46,012 nucleotides of DNA, from the NCBI GenBank assembly GCA_947589145.1, contig CANQCB010000001.1, positions 1 through 46,012 on the forward strand. The letters run 5' to 3'. The notes below the pieces were generated by a model. That model ran no database searches. It had not been told where the DNA came from and saw only the letters and a program-made list of their open reading frames with translations. Source of the stretch: an uncultured Clostridia bacterium. GTDB lineage: Bacteria; Bacillota; Clostridia; Christensenellales; Pumilibacteraceae. This document shows positions 1-9,451 of this stretch, piece after piece (position 1 is the first letter of the stretch; every line of letters starts with the position of its first letter). Both the position numbers and the translations under genes were made by a program.

Positions 1-2022
1 AGCGGCAAAGAACTCGGCGTAGACGATACCGTTATCGAAGGGGCGGAAGTGGACGGGCTCTTACAACTTCCCGTCGATACTCCGCTCGGCACGAATATAT
101 TGGACGTTCTCGGTAAAAACGAGTACGTGCTGGACGTCTCCGTTACCGCAAACAGACCCGACTGCCAGTCAATAGTCGGACTTGCAAGGGAAGTAGCCGC
201 TTCTATGGGCGTGAAGTTTACTCCGCCCGTAAATAAATATAAGACAATCGAATATAGCGGAGAATATGTGCCCACGGTAAAGATCACTTCGGATATTTGT
301 TCGAGGTATACGGGCAGACTTATCAAAGATGTGAAAATCAAGCAAAGTCCGAAATGGATGCGCGATCGACTCAGACTTGTAGGCGTACGCCCGATAAACA
401 ATATTGTCGATATTACAAACTACGTTTTATTCGAGATAGGGCAGCCGCTTCACTCGTTCGATTTGAGATTTATAGACAAGGGAATTATTGTCAGAACGGC
501 AAATAAGGACGAGAAAATCACCGCCCTCGACGGTAAAGAATATGTTTTATCCGACGATATGCTTGTAATAGCCGACGAACAGAAACCCATTGCAATAGCC
601 GGCGTAATGGGCGGAGAATATTCGGGAATTATGGATGACACCGCAACGGTGTTCCTTGAAGCCGCAAGATTCGAAAGGCGCAGCATTCGCGTAACCTCGA
701 GAAAACTCGGGCTCAGATCCGATTCCTCGGCAAGGTATGAAAAAGGCGTGGATTATCAAAGCGTCGACGAAGGTCGCGAACGCGCGCTCGCTCTTATTTA
801 TCAACTCAAAGCAGGCAAGATCGTGAACGTTCGCTCCGACGACGGAATACCTCGTCCGAAAGAAAAAGTAATCAATACTACCGCCGAGCAAATATGTTCT
901 ATTATCGGCATAGATATAGAAAAGTCGGATATAGAAAAAATATTGACCTCTCTCGATTTCAAAATAGCAAAAACCAAAGGGGACGATATAGTTTGCACCG
1001 TACCGCTTTTCAGAGAAGACATAGAAGACTTCGCAGACCTGTCCGAAGAAGTCATACGTTACTACGGCTACGATAATCTTAAACCCACTTTCTTAAAAAC
1101 CGCGTCTTGCACGTCGGGCGGACAGTCGTCGGACGACAAGCGTATGGATAACGTTAAAAATATCTTATGCGGCAAAGGAGCATTTGAGATAATGACTTAT
1201 TCGTTTATAAACGAAAAAGCGTCGGATATGCTCAAACTTAACTCAAATGACGCGCGCAGAAAGGTGATTAAGTTGAAAAATCCGTTAAATGAGGACACTG
1301 CCGTAATGCGCACGCAACTCGCACACAGTATGCTTACGACCATAGCTCTCAACCAATCGCGGGGAAACGATAACTTCCGTCTGTTTGAACTCGGCAGAAT
1401 TTATATCCCCGAAGGTGATGATCTGCCCAAAGAAAAGTTCGTTCTTTCTATCGGACTTTGCGGAAAGGCGGAAGATTTCTATACGGCGAAAGATATTGCC
1501 GAAGCCGTAATCGGATATTTCACAGACTCTTACGATATTGACTATGGCAAAGAGCCGTATCTTCATCCCGGCATAAGCGCATGCGTCAGCCTCGGAGACA
1601 AATTTATCGGCTCGTTCGGCGAAGTACACCCGACAGTGTGCGAGAATTACGGAATAAACGGCAAATGTTATATAGGCGAACTCGATATAACCGAACTTCT
1701 TGCGCTCGATAAACGAGAAATTAAGTATAAGACAATTTCGAAATATCCCTGCGTAAACAGAGACCTCGCAATGGTAGTCGCAGACAAGTGCAAAGTGGGT
1801 GACATCATAAAGGCGATCAAAGAAGCCTGCGGCGAAAACCTCGAAGAAGTCGCACTCTTCGACGTGTATAAAGGCGAACAAATCGAGAGCGGTAAAAAGA
1901 GTCTTGCGTTCTCTCTTAAATTCCGCTCCGTCGAAAAGACGCTCGGCGACTCCGATATACAATACATGATGCTCGAAACGATAAACAAACTCAAATCGGA
2001 TTTCGAGGCGGAACTCAGATAA
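1..2022 (+). CDS. pheT: phenylalanine--tRNA ligase beta subunit, 5' end cut by the window edge
   Basis: Frame 1 is open from nt 1, upstream of the GTG at 49. PheT-type blocks are present ('VTANRPDCQSIVGLAREV', 'IAIAGVMGGE', C-terminal 'KSLAFSLKFRS'). The TAA stop overlaps the next ATG (TAATG). Confidence 0.93.
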   Translation, partial: SGKELGVDDTVIEGAEVDGLLQLPVDTPLGTNILDVLGKNEYVLDVSVTANRPDCQSIVGLAREVAASMGVKFTPPVNKYKTIEYSGEYVPTVKITSDICSRYTGRLIKDVKIKQSPKWMRDRLRLVGVRPINNIVDITNYVLFEIGQPLHSFDLRFIDKGIIVRTANKDEKITALDGKEYVLSDDMLVIADEQKPIAIAGVMGGEYSGIMDDTATVFLEAARFERRSIRVTSRKLGLRSDSSARYEKGVDYQSVDEGRERALALIYQLKAGKIVNVRSDDGIPRPKEKVINTTAEQICSIIGIDIEKSDIEKILTSLDFKIAKTKGDDIVCTVPLFREDIEDFADLSEEVIRYYGYDNLKPTFLKTASCTSGGQSSDDKRMDNVKNILCGKGAFEIMTYSFINEKASDMLKLNSNDARRKVIKLKNPLNEDTAVMRTQLAHSMLTTIALNQSRGNDNFRLFELGRIYIPEGDDLPKEKFVLSIGLCGKAEDFYTAKDIAEAVIGYFTDSYDIDYGKEPYLHPGISACVSLGDKFIGSFGEVHPTVCENYGINGKCYIGELDITELLALDKREIKYKTISKYPCVNRDLAMVVADKCKVGDIIKAIKEACGENLEEVALFDVYKGEQIESGKKSLAFSLKFRSVEKTLGDSDIQYMMLETINKLKSDFEAELR

Positions 2023-3944
2023 TGGAAATTCTTGCTCCGGCAGGTAATATGAACGCGCTCAAAGCCGCAGTTGCTTGCGGCGCGGACGCGGTTTATCTCG
2101 GAACAACGGATTTCAGCGCACGCAGCAAGGCGAATTTTTCCGACGAAGAACTTCGCCTTGCCGTTTTATATTGTCATGATCGAGGCGTGCGCGTTTACGT
2201 GGCATTTAATACAATAATTAAGGACAAAGAAATTCCGATAGTCATAGAGAGCGCAAGAAAGGCGATTGAGATCGGCGCGGACGCCTTTTTGATACAGGAC
2301 CTCGGGCTATATACCGAACTTAATAAAACGTTCCCGAACGCGGTATATTTTGCCAGCACGCAAATGGGCATTCATAACGTTTATGGCGCAAAATTTGCGG
2401 AAAAAATGGGTTTTGACAGGGTTGTTCTATCTCGCGAGGTACTTTCCGAAGACATAAAAAAAATAAAGGAAAACACAAATCTCGAAATCGAATTATTTGC
2501 GCACGGCGCACATTGCGTCTCATTCTCCGGGAATTGCTATTTTTCCGCAATGGTATCCGGTTACAGCGGAAACAGAGGAAAGTGCCTGCAACTTTGCAGG
2601 AAGAAATATACGCTGACGGGTGGCGGCAGAAATAAAACGGGCTATATGCTTTCAGCCAAAGATATATGTATGCTCGGAAATATTGAAAAATTGAAAACTC
2701 TCGGCGTAGATTCGCTTAAAATAGAGGGCAGACTTCGCAGTGCGGAATATGCCGCGACCACGTCCGAAGTGTATAAGAGGGCAGTATCCTGCAAAATCAA
2801 AGACAGCGATATTATATCGCTTAAAACCGTATTCAATCGCGGAGACTTCTCGGAAGCATATATAAACGATGACAAAGCGGAAATAATATACGATAAACAG
2901 CAAAATCACATAGGAATAAAGGTTGCTAAAATATCCGCAACGCGAGGGAATAAACTTGTTCTGCGCGAAAAGTTCAATCGACATGTCGGCGACGGATATA
3001 AGATACTTCGAGGCGGCACGGAAGTGGGGAGTGCGCATGACGAAAAAGACGGCATAGTATTCGAAGGTAAAGTCTGCGCGGGCGATGAGTTGCGTCTGAC
3101 CAAAAGCGGCGAAATATCGAACTACGTCAAAAATCGAATTAAAGCCAATAAACAAGTAAAAGCACAAAATTTCACTAAAATTCCACGAAAAAACCATTGT
3201 ACTATGCCTGACATAGTATGCAATAAACTGATATTGCCGGATAGATGCAGGATCTTTACGGTGAGTGACGATACTTCGGAAACTCTGATCGATAATGCAG
3301 ATATGGTTATTTATTCGCCCTCGGAGTATTCTCTCGAAGCGGTAAATCGTTTTATAAATAAATGCAAAAAGCCCGTTATTCTCGATCTTCCTATCGAAGC
3401 GCGGGGAAATGACGTAGCCATACTCGAGGCTATTGTCAAAGAAAATATTTTCTGCGGATATGTCGCAAACAATGTTTATGCGCTCGAACTTTGCAAAAAT
3501 TATCCCGTCATACTCGGACCGGAAATGAATTCGGTTTCTTCTCGATTATTCCCCAAAATTTCTTCGTATGAGGCCGCCTATTCGGGCACAGGTGACGTCT
3601 TGCTCGTTTTCGGAAGAGTTCCGCTTATGAACTTTACGCACTGTCCCAAAAAGCAGCTTGGCTTTAATTGTTCAGACTGTTCGAAATGCACGTCCATTGA
3701 ATTGACGGACGAAATTAAAAACGAGTTTACAATCAGACGGCAAAAAATTCATTATTGTTATTTTCAATTACTTAATTCTAAAATACAAAATTTATTACCG
3801 AAAATCGATTGGAAAAAGCAAAGAAGATTATTGTACGACCTCAGAGATATCGACGAGGAATATTCCGCGCGCGTGATCTCCGGCGATTTTGCATTTGACG
3901 AGAGAATAAACACTTACGGCAGATTCGGAAAAGGAGTGAAGTAA
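2022..3944 (+). CDS. U32 family peptidase-like protein (the family also includes RlhA/TrhP/UbiU-type Fe-S hydroxylases)
   Basis: U32 signature 'EIELFAHGAHCVSFSGNCYFS' and N-terminus 'MEILAPAGN..CGADAVYLG'. At 640 aa it carries a long C-terminal extension. Confidence 0.85.
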   Translation: MEILAPAGNMNALKAAVACGADAVYLGTTDFSARSKANFSDEELRLAVLYCHDRGVRVYVAFNTIIKDKEIPIVIESARKAIEIGADAFLIQDLGLYTELNKTFPNAVYFASTQMGIHNVYGAKFAEKMGFDRVVLSREVLSEDIKKIKENTNLEIELFAHGAHCVSFSGNCYFSAMVSGYSGNRGKCLQLCRKKYTLTGGGRNKTGYMLSAKDICMLGNIEKLKTLGVDSLKIEGRLRSAEYAATTSEVYKRAVSCKIKDSDIISLKTVFNRGDFSEAYINDDKAEIIYDKQQNHIGIKVAKISATRGNKLVLREKFNRHVGDGYKILRGGTEVGSAHDEKDGIVFEGKVCAGDELRLTKSGEISNYVKNRIKANKQVKAQNFTKIPRKNHCTMPDIVCNKLILPDRCRIFTVSDDTSETLIDNADMVIYSPSEYSLEAVNRFINKCKKPVILDLPIEARGNDVAILEAIVKENIFCGYVANNVYALELCKNYPVILGPEMNSVSSRLFPKISSYEAAYSGTGDVLLVFGRVPLMNFTHCPKKQLGFNCSDCSKCTSIELTDEIKNEFTIRRQKIHYCYFQLLNSKIQNLLPKIDWKKQRRLLYDLRDIDEEYSARVISGDFAFDERINTYGRFGKGVK

Positions 3945-3945
3945 A

Positions 3946-6309
3946 ATGAACGATCCGATAAAGACTCTCGAATTGGATAAAATTCTTACTCTTGCGTCCG
4001 GCTATGCGTCATCATCGCGCGCTAAGAGCAGAATAACCGCGCTTTTACCGACCCAAAATTATGACGAGATTTTGTCTCGTCTCGATTTTACCCGTCAAGC
4101 CGAGTTGCTTATATCCAAATACCGTTACGGCGGCGTAGAACCGTTCGACGATATCGACGAAACGCTGGAAAAAGCTCGCATAGGGGCGACTCTCACGATG
4201 GACGAACTTTTATCCGTCGCAACGGTACTTCGCAGCTCACGCCTTGCTAAAAGCTCGCTCGATTCCTTTTACGATGACGTCGATAAAATAAAGGATATCG
4301 CGTTCCGAATATTCGCGGATAAGACGCTCGAGGACGATATCAAGCGCAATATTTTGTCCGAAACGGAGATGAGCGATACGGCAAGCGACGCACTTGCCGA
4401 TATACGAAAAAACTTGAAAAGGGCAAAAGCGAAGCTCGTGGACAGGTTAGCGTCCTTCACTCAAAATAACGAATATTCAAAATATTTACAAGATAATTTC
4501 TATACGCTTCGCGCAGGAAGATATGTATTGCCCGTAAAAAGCGAGTGCAGGCATAATGTGCCCGGACTTTTGCACGATCAATCGGCAAGCGGTTCGACAG
4601 TTTATATCGAGCCCTTTGACATCGTCTCTTCCAACAACGAAATCGTCCGCCTCGAAGGCGACGAACGCAGAGAAATCGAGCGCATTTTACAGGCATATTC
4701 GGCAAGAGTACTTGCGCAAATAGACAATCTATATGACGCGCAGGAGCGGCTCACTCTTCTTGACACGTATTTTGCTCTTGCGGGATATTCTTTTTCTATA
4801 GACGGTATTATGCCAAAAATAAATTTTGCGCAAACAGTGGATCTGAAAAAGGCAAGACATCCGCTTATAGACAAAAAATCAGTCGTGCCGATCGATATTT
4901 CGGTAGGAATGAACGGCTCGCGCATATTGCTTATATCGGGTCCGAACACGGGAGGAAAAACTGTTTCGCTCAAAACGGTAGGATTATTGTCGCTTATGCT
5001 CTCCGTCGGACTGCTTATTCCTTGTGAACGGGGAAGCGAAATGGCGGTATTCGATAATATATTTTGCGATATCGGCGACGATCAGGATATAAGCCGAAAT
5101 CTCTCCACGTTTTCCTCGCACATCAAAAATCTCAAAGATATAACGGAGTCGTTCACCAACGAAAGCCTTATCCTTTTGGATGAAATCGGAAGTTGCACCG
5201 CGCCGGAAGAGGGCGCGGCAATAGCGATCGGCGTTTTGGATTATATTTCCGCAACGGGAGCAATGTCCGTTGTTACTACCCATTATCCGCAGCTCAAAGA
5301 ATACGCCATGACTTCGGATAAAATAACGAACGCGGGAATGCAATTCGACGCCCAAACGCTCAGACCTACTTATAAACTGATCGTGGGCTATCCGGGATCG
5401 AGCAACGCAATCGAGACCGCCGCCGCGCTCGGACTTGCAGACGGTATTATTAACGTGGCGAAACAGCGGCTGAATTACAATGCCGAGGACAATTACGAAT
5501 CTGTCTTGAAAAAAGCGTTCGCCATTAAATCCGAAGCCGAAGAAGAGTTAAAACGCGCGTCGGAAGCGAAGGCGGAAGCGGAAAGAAAACTCGAAAAAAT
5601 ATCCGCGGACGAGCAAAAAGTCGGCGACGCGCTCGCCCGTATAAATTCCAACGCAAAAGCGGAAACAAAAAAGATAGTCAATAAAGCTGCGGAAAAAGCA
5701 AGCGAAATCATAGAAGAAATCCAACGCGAACTTCGCGAAGCCGACGAACAAGCCTTGCTCAAAGCTAAAAGAGATTTAAAACGTATCGAGGCGCTGGCAT
5801 ACGACAGCGGGGAAGAAATGCACAGCGTGCTTTCGGAAGAAATATCTCCATCCGAAATTAAAGTCGGAGTGCAAGTCGTAATAAAATCTTTCGGCTTGGA
5901 AGGGAAAATATCCAAGTTGCGCGAGGATAAAAAAGAAGCGGAAGTCGACTGTAACGGAAAAATATTGAAAGTCACATACGCGGATCTTGCAAAACCTATG
6001 TCGACGCAAAGAAAAGAGCAACGCAGGGAATACAAGCCCGCGAAAGCGGCGCAACCCGTCATTCTTACAAGAGAAGTTAATGTGATCGGACAGACCGTCG
6101 CGGACGCTATCGACATACTCGATCCTATCATAAACGACCCGAACCGAATCGGTCTGAAAGAACTCAGAATAATTCACGGCAAAGGAACCGGCGCCTTGGG
6201 AAAAGGAATACAAACATACTTATCTGCTTGTCGGTCGGTAAAGTCATTCCGATACGGGAGATACGGCGAAGGCGATAACGGAGTAACGATTGTCGAATTT
6301 GCGGATTAA
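3946..6309 (+). CDS. mutS2: endonuclease MutS2 (MutS domain V plus C-terminal Smr)
   Basis: Walker A 'GPNTGGKTVSLKTVGL', a coiled-coil middle region, and the Smr block 'ELRIIHGKGTGALGKGIQ'. GGAG lies upstream of the ATG. Confidence 0.93.
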   Translation: MNDPIKTLELDKILTLASGYASSSRAKSRITALLPTQNYDEILSRLDFTRQAELLISKYRYGGVEPFDDIDETLEKARIGATLTMDELLSVATVLRSSRLAKSSLDSFYDDVDKIKDIAFRIFADKTLEDDIKRNILSETEMSDTASDALADIRKNLKRAKAKLVDRLASFTQNNEYSKYLQDNFYTLRAGRYVLPVKSECRHNVPGLLHDQSASGSTVYIEPFDIVSSNNEIVRLEGDERREIERILQAYSARVLAQIDNLYDAQERLTLLDTYFALAGYSFSIDGIMPKINFAQTVDLKKARHPLIDKKSVVPIDISVGMNGSRILLISGPNTGGKTVSLKTVGLLSLMLSVGLLIPCERGSEMAVFDNIFCDIGDDQDISRNLSTFSSHIKNLKDITESFTNESLILLDEIGSCTAPEEGAAIAIGVLDYISATGAMSVVTTHYPQLKEYAMTSDKITNAGMQFDAQTLRPTYKLIVGYPGSSNAIETAAALGLADGIINVAKQRLNYNAEDNYESVLKKAFAIKSEAEEELKRASEAKAEAERKLEKISADEQKVGDALARINSNAKAETKKIVNKAAEKASEIIEEIQRELREADEQALLKAKRDLKRIEALAYDSGEEMHSVLSEEISPSEIKVGVQVVIKSFGLEGKISKLREDKKEAEVDCNGKILKVTYADLAKPMSTQRKEQRREYKPAKAAQPVILTREVNVIGQTVADAIDILDPIINDPNRIGLKELRIIHGKGTGALGKGIQTYLSACRSVKSFRYGRYGEGDNGVTIVEFAD

Positions 6310-6370
6310 GGGCGAATTTTAATAAAAATATAATTTTTTAATAAAAATTGAAATTATTTGTCAAAAATAC

Positions 6371-6399
6371 TTGACAGATAATTTTTTTAGTGTTATTAT
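6371..6399 (+). promoter_or_regulatory. sigma-A-type promoter TTGACA-17-TATTAT for the Spo0A_C-like gene
   Basis: TTGACA at 6371-6376, a 17-nt spacer, then TATTAT at 6394-6399. This lies about 68 nt upstream of the ATG at 6467. Confidence 0.5.
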
Positions 6400-6466
6400 T
6401 CTTTAACGAATTAAACATTATTTATGTTTAATTTTAACAATTTATTAAAAAAGGAGAGGTACGAAA

Positions 6467-6829
6467 ATGAACGCACTTAAAGAGAAAGCAATGAGAAACG
6501 AACTGAGTAAATATTTACTCGGAATGGGAATTTATCCGAATATTATCGGATTTGCCAACCTGATCAATTCGGTTATATTGATCGTTGACAGCGAAATTCC
6601 TTACGAAAACATCGGCAAGGTATTCGAAATTGCAGGGAAGAAAACGAATAAATCGGGCTCTGCGGTAGAAAGATCCATCAGAACGCTTATTCTGCGTTGT
6701 GAGGCTGCGAAAACTTTTGCAAAGCTCAACGAATATTTCGGATATACCGTATACCACGAGAACTATCCGATAAGCGCAAGCGAACTCGTCTATCTTTTAG
6801 CGACAAAATTGAGCTTATCCGATTTATGA
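6467..6829 (+). CDS. stand-alone Spo0A C-terminal (DNA-binding effector) domain protein with no receiver domain
   Basis: The protein aligns by eye end to end with the B. subtilis Spo0A effector domain. Matches are 'GIYPNIIGFANLINSV' ~ 'GVPAHIKGYLYLREAI', 'SGSAVERSIRTLILRC' ~ 'TASRVERAIRHAIEVAW', 'YFGYTV' ~ 'LFGYTV', and 'PISASELVYLLATKL' ~ 'KPTNSEFIAMVADKL'. A strong SD (AAGGAGAGG) precedes the ATG. Confidence 0.75.
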   Translation: MNALKEKAMRNELSKYLLGMGIYPNIIGFANLINSVILIVDSEIPYENIGKVFEIAGKKTNKSGSAVERSIRTLILRCEAAKTFAKLNEYFGYTVYHENYPISASELVYLLATKLSLSDL

Positions 6830-6861
6830 CGCCACGCGCATAGCATATTTATTCCCCGGAC

Positions 6862-6905
6862 AATAGCCGCATTGCAAAAGCTGTGCGGCTATTCCTCTTT
6901 GATTT
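6862..6905 (+). terminator. intrinsic terminator after the Spo0A_C-like gene
   Basis: Stem AATAGCCGCA (6862-6871) pairs with TGCGGCTATT (6884-6893), followed by the T-rich 'cctctttgattt'. Confidence 0.6.
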
Positions 6906-7065
6906 CAAATACATTTAGGCAGCGCGCTGCAAAACAAACGACTTGTAACATAAATCTCAAAAAACGCTATAATCTATATTGTGTTATTTGCGCTTATTTT
7001 CATAATTGTTTTTATTCGTCAATACGTCGTCAGACATAAATTTCTACGATAATCGCAAATTTTGC

Positions 7066-7094
7066 TTGACAAAGAGTTTTTTTTGCGTTAATAT
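7066..7094 (+). promoter_or_regulatory. sigma-A-type promoter TTGACA-17-TAATAT for the thrS leader
   Basis: TTGACA at 7066-7071, a 17-nt spacer, then TAATAT at 7089-7094. Confidence 0.6.
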
Positions 7095-7099
7095 ACAGA

Positions 7100-7326
7100 A
7101 AATTTGATTTTCCGATGCTGCGGACAAGTAGTATAGGGGTAACGGTGCGAAAAAGAGAGCGGTCTCTTGGCTGAGAGGATTGCGCGCGCCGCCGAAGCGA
7201 AACCACCGAAGCGGAAAGCCACGGAGAGTATCTCCGAAAACAAGGCTGCATTTATGCGGCGAATTAAGGTGGAACCACGGTCTGATCAATCGTCCTTAGC
7301 ATTGTTTGCTTCGGACTTTTTTATTT
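7100..7326 (+). promoter_or_regulatory. T-box riboswitch leader, threonine specifier (ACC)
   Basis: The T-box motif 'AATTAAGGTGGAACCACGG' lies at 7262-7280. The specifier context is 'GAA-ACC-A', and an AGAGAG element sits in stem I. A terminator hairpin at 7292-7317 is followed by TTTTTTATTTT. The leader sits directly upstream of thrS. Confidence 0.85.
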
Positions 7327-7344
7327 TGTAAACTCGGAGGAAAA

Positions 7345-9285
7345 ATGAAAGTTACATTAAAAGACGGATCTCAGATTACAGTCGAAAAGGGCGCAAGAAT
7401 AATCGACGTTGCCGCACAAATAAGCGAAGGCTTGGCAAGAGTTGCGCTGATAGCACGGTTAAACGGGACGCTCGTCGATCTTACGCGCGAGATTACCGAA
7501 GACAGTACTCTCGAAATTTTGACGTTCAAAGACGAGGAAGGCAGAAACGCATACAGACATACCTGCGCCCACGTACTTGCGCAAGCGGTTAAAAACCTTT
7601 ACCCGGAAGCAAAACTCGCCATCGGACCCGCAATAAAGACAGGCTTTTATTATGACTTCGACCTGCCTTCTTCGATAACCATGGACGATATTCCGCGTAT
7701 AGAAAAGGAAATGGAGTCCATTATTAAGGCAGATTTCCCGATAGAACGCTCGGTCGTGACGCGCAAGCAGGCTGTTACCAAAATGCGCGGCTTTGGAGAA
7801 ATTTACAAATTGCAACTCATAGAGGATCTTCCCAGAGGTGCGGAGATTACTCTCTATTCGCAGGGAAATTACGTCGATCTTTGCGCGGGACCGCACCTCA
7901 TGAGCACGGGTAAAATCAAGTGTTTCAAACTTACCCAAATTACCGGCGCATATTGGAAGGGCAACGAGCAAAATAAAATGCTCACACGAATTTACGGCAC
8001 GGCATTTGAAAAGAAGTCGGAAATGACGGAATATCTTCAAGCCGTCGAGGACGCGAAAAAGCGGGATCACAACAAAATCGGCCGTGAACTCGAAATTTTC
8101 ATGACCGACGAACTCGTAGGTCAGGGCTTACCGCTTTTCATGCCAAAAGGCGCAAAGCTCTTGCAAATTCTCCAACGTTTCGTAGAGGACGAGGAAGAGC
8201 GCAGGGGATATATGTTCACAAAAACGCCGCTTATGGCGAAGAGCGACCTCTACAAAGTTTCCGGACACTGGGAGCACTATAAGGACGGAATGTTCGTACT
8301 CGGAGACGAGGCAATGGACGACGAAGTTTATGCGCTTCGTCCGATGACCTGTCCGTTTCAATATCTGATCTATAAGAACGGTATCAAGAGTTATCGCGAC
8401 CTTCCTTGCCGTTACAGCGAAACTTCCACACTTTTCCGAAACGAAGCGAGCGGAGAAATGCACGGTCTTACGCGTGTACGCCAATTTACGCTTTCCGACG
8501 CGCATATCGTCTGCACGCCCGAACAGGTAGAGGACGAATTCAAACGAATTCTCGACCTGATTCTGTATATCGAGGACTGTCTCGGCATACGCAACGAGAT
8601 ATCTTACAGATTCTCGAAGTGGGATCCGAAGAAAAAATCGAAGTATATAAACAATCCCAAAGGGTGGAACGACACGCAGGCGCTCATGAAAAAGATACTC
8701 GACGATATCGGGCTCGATTATGTCGAAGCGGACGGCGAAGCGGCTTTCTACGGCCCGAAACTCGACTTGCAGGCTTCGAACGTTTGGGGCAAAGAGGATA
8801 CGATAATAACTATTCAGATCGATTTCGGACTTGCCGAGCGTTTCGACATGACGTATATCGACGAAAACGGCGCAAAACAGCGTCCCATGATAATTCATCG
8901 CTCGTCTATCGGCAGCTACGAGCGCACGATTGCAATGCTTATCGAAAAGTACGCCGGAGCATTTCCTCTTTGGATGTCTCCCACGCAGGTTAAAGTTATG
9001 GCGCTTACCGACAGAACGACGGAGAAATGCACGGAAGTCGCCGACGCGTTGAAAAAACAAGGCATACGCACCGAGGTCGATCTTCGAAACGAAAAAATAG
9101 GCTTCAAAATCAGAGAAGCGCAACTCGATAAAGTTCCCTATATGCTCATAATCGGCGATAAAGAAGCCGAAGCCGGGCTTGTTTCGGTGCGTTCGAGAAA
9201 GAGCGGCGATCTCGGAACGATGACCCTCGACGCTTTCTGCGAGCGCGTTAAAAAAGAAATCGAAAGTTTTTCTTTGGAAAATTGA
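7345..9285 (+). CDS. thrS: threonine--tRNA ligase
   Basis: TGS N-terminus 'MKVTLKDGSQ' and class II motifs ('RPMTCPF', 'FRNEASGEMHGLTRVRQFT', 'FYGPKLD'). SD GGAGG lies 5 nt before the ATG at 7345. The tracked start at 7306 lies inside the T-box terminator. Confidence 0.95.
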   Translation: MKVTLKDGSQITVEKGARIIDVAAQISEGLARVALIARLNGTLVDLTREITEDSTLEILTFKDEEGRNAYRHTCAHVLAQAVKNLYPEAKLAIGPAIKTGFYYDFDLPSSITMDDIPRIEKEMESIIKADFPIERSVVTRKQAVTKMRGFGEIYKLQLIEDLPRGAEITLYSQGNYVDLCAGPHLMSTGKIKCFKLTQITGAYWKGNEQNKMLTRIYGTAFEKKSEMTEYLQAVEDAKKRDHNKIGRELEIFMTDELVGQGLPLFMPKGAKLLQILQRFVEDEEERRGYMFTKTPLMAKSDLYKVSGHWEHYKDGMFVLGDEAMDDEVYALRPMTCPFQYLIYKNGIKSYRDLPCRYSETSTLFRNEASGEMHGLTRVRQFTLSDAHIVCTPEQVEDEFKRILDLILYIEDCLGIRNEISYRFSKWDPKKKSKYINNPKGWNDTQALMKKILDDIGLDYVEADGEAAFYGPKLDLQASNVWGKEDTIITIQIDFGLAERFDMTYIDENGAKQRPMIIHRSSIGSYERTIAMLIEKYAGAFPLWMSPTQVKVMALTDRTTEKCTEVADALKKQGIRTEVDLRNEKIGFKIREAQLDKVPYMLIIGDKEAEAGLVSVRSRKSGDLGTMTLDAFCERVKKEIESFSLEN

Positions 9286-9295
9286 TTAAAAGCGT

Positions 9296-9324
9296 TTGAC
9301 AAACGTTTGCAAATCATATATAAT
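9296..9324 (+). promoter_or_regulatory. sigma-A-type promoter TTGACA-17-TATAAT for infC-rpmI-rplT
   Basis: TTGACA at 9296-9301, a 17-nt spacer, then TATAAT at 9319-9324. Confidence 0.65.
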
Positions 9325-9330
9325 CACTGT

Positions 9331-9440
9331 GTTGAAAGCAGATTTAATCTCACCGTTCGGGCAAGCTCGGAACGGTAACGCAATGTAATAAACGATCATT
9401 GTAATGAGTGTGAATTCTGCTTTCACGCTCATTATTTTTT
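9331..9440 (+). promoter_or_regulatory. L20-leader-type attenuator upstream of infC
   Basis: A structured leader ends in the hairpin AATGAGTGTGAA (9403-9414) / TTCACGCTCATT (9422-9433), with one G-U pair, followed by ATTTTTT. Its position matches the Firmicutes L20-controlled infC operon leader. Confidence 0.55.
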
Positions 9441-9451
9441 GGGAGGATACG

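Noticed and set aside
6919-6930. Perfect 12-bp GC-rich palindrome GCAGCGCGCTGC downstream of the Spo0A_C terminator.
   Set aside because: It is too short to form a stable hairpin with a real loop. No U-run follows, it occurs only once, and there is no adjacent gene start. It is noted but not interpretable.
7306-7344. Upstream extension of thrS. The same applies to infC (9404-9451), ruvA (35109-35153), ruvC (35600-35677), proC (41345-41368) and argG (35695-35700).
   Set aside because: The extensions fall inside leader-RNA terminators or lack an SD. In each case the downstream start has a properly spaced SD and matches the family N-terminus.
8128-9123. 331-aa ORF antisense to thrS. Similar long antisense ORFs occur at 1285-1962, 5493-6131, 7459-8070, 11250-12050, 17516-18043 and 36223-37029.
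   Set aside because: Each lies wholly inside a well-supported conserved gene on the other strand. The translations are low-complexity and rich in R/F/C/H with no recognisable motifs, and none has a promoter or SD. These are shadow ORFs.
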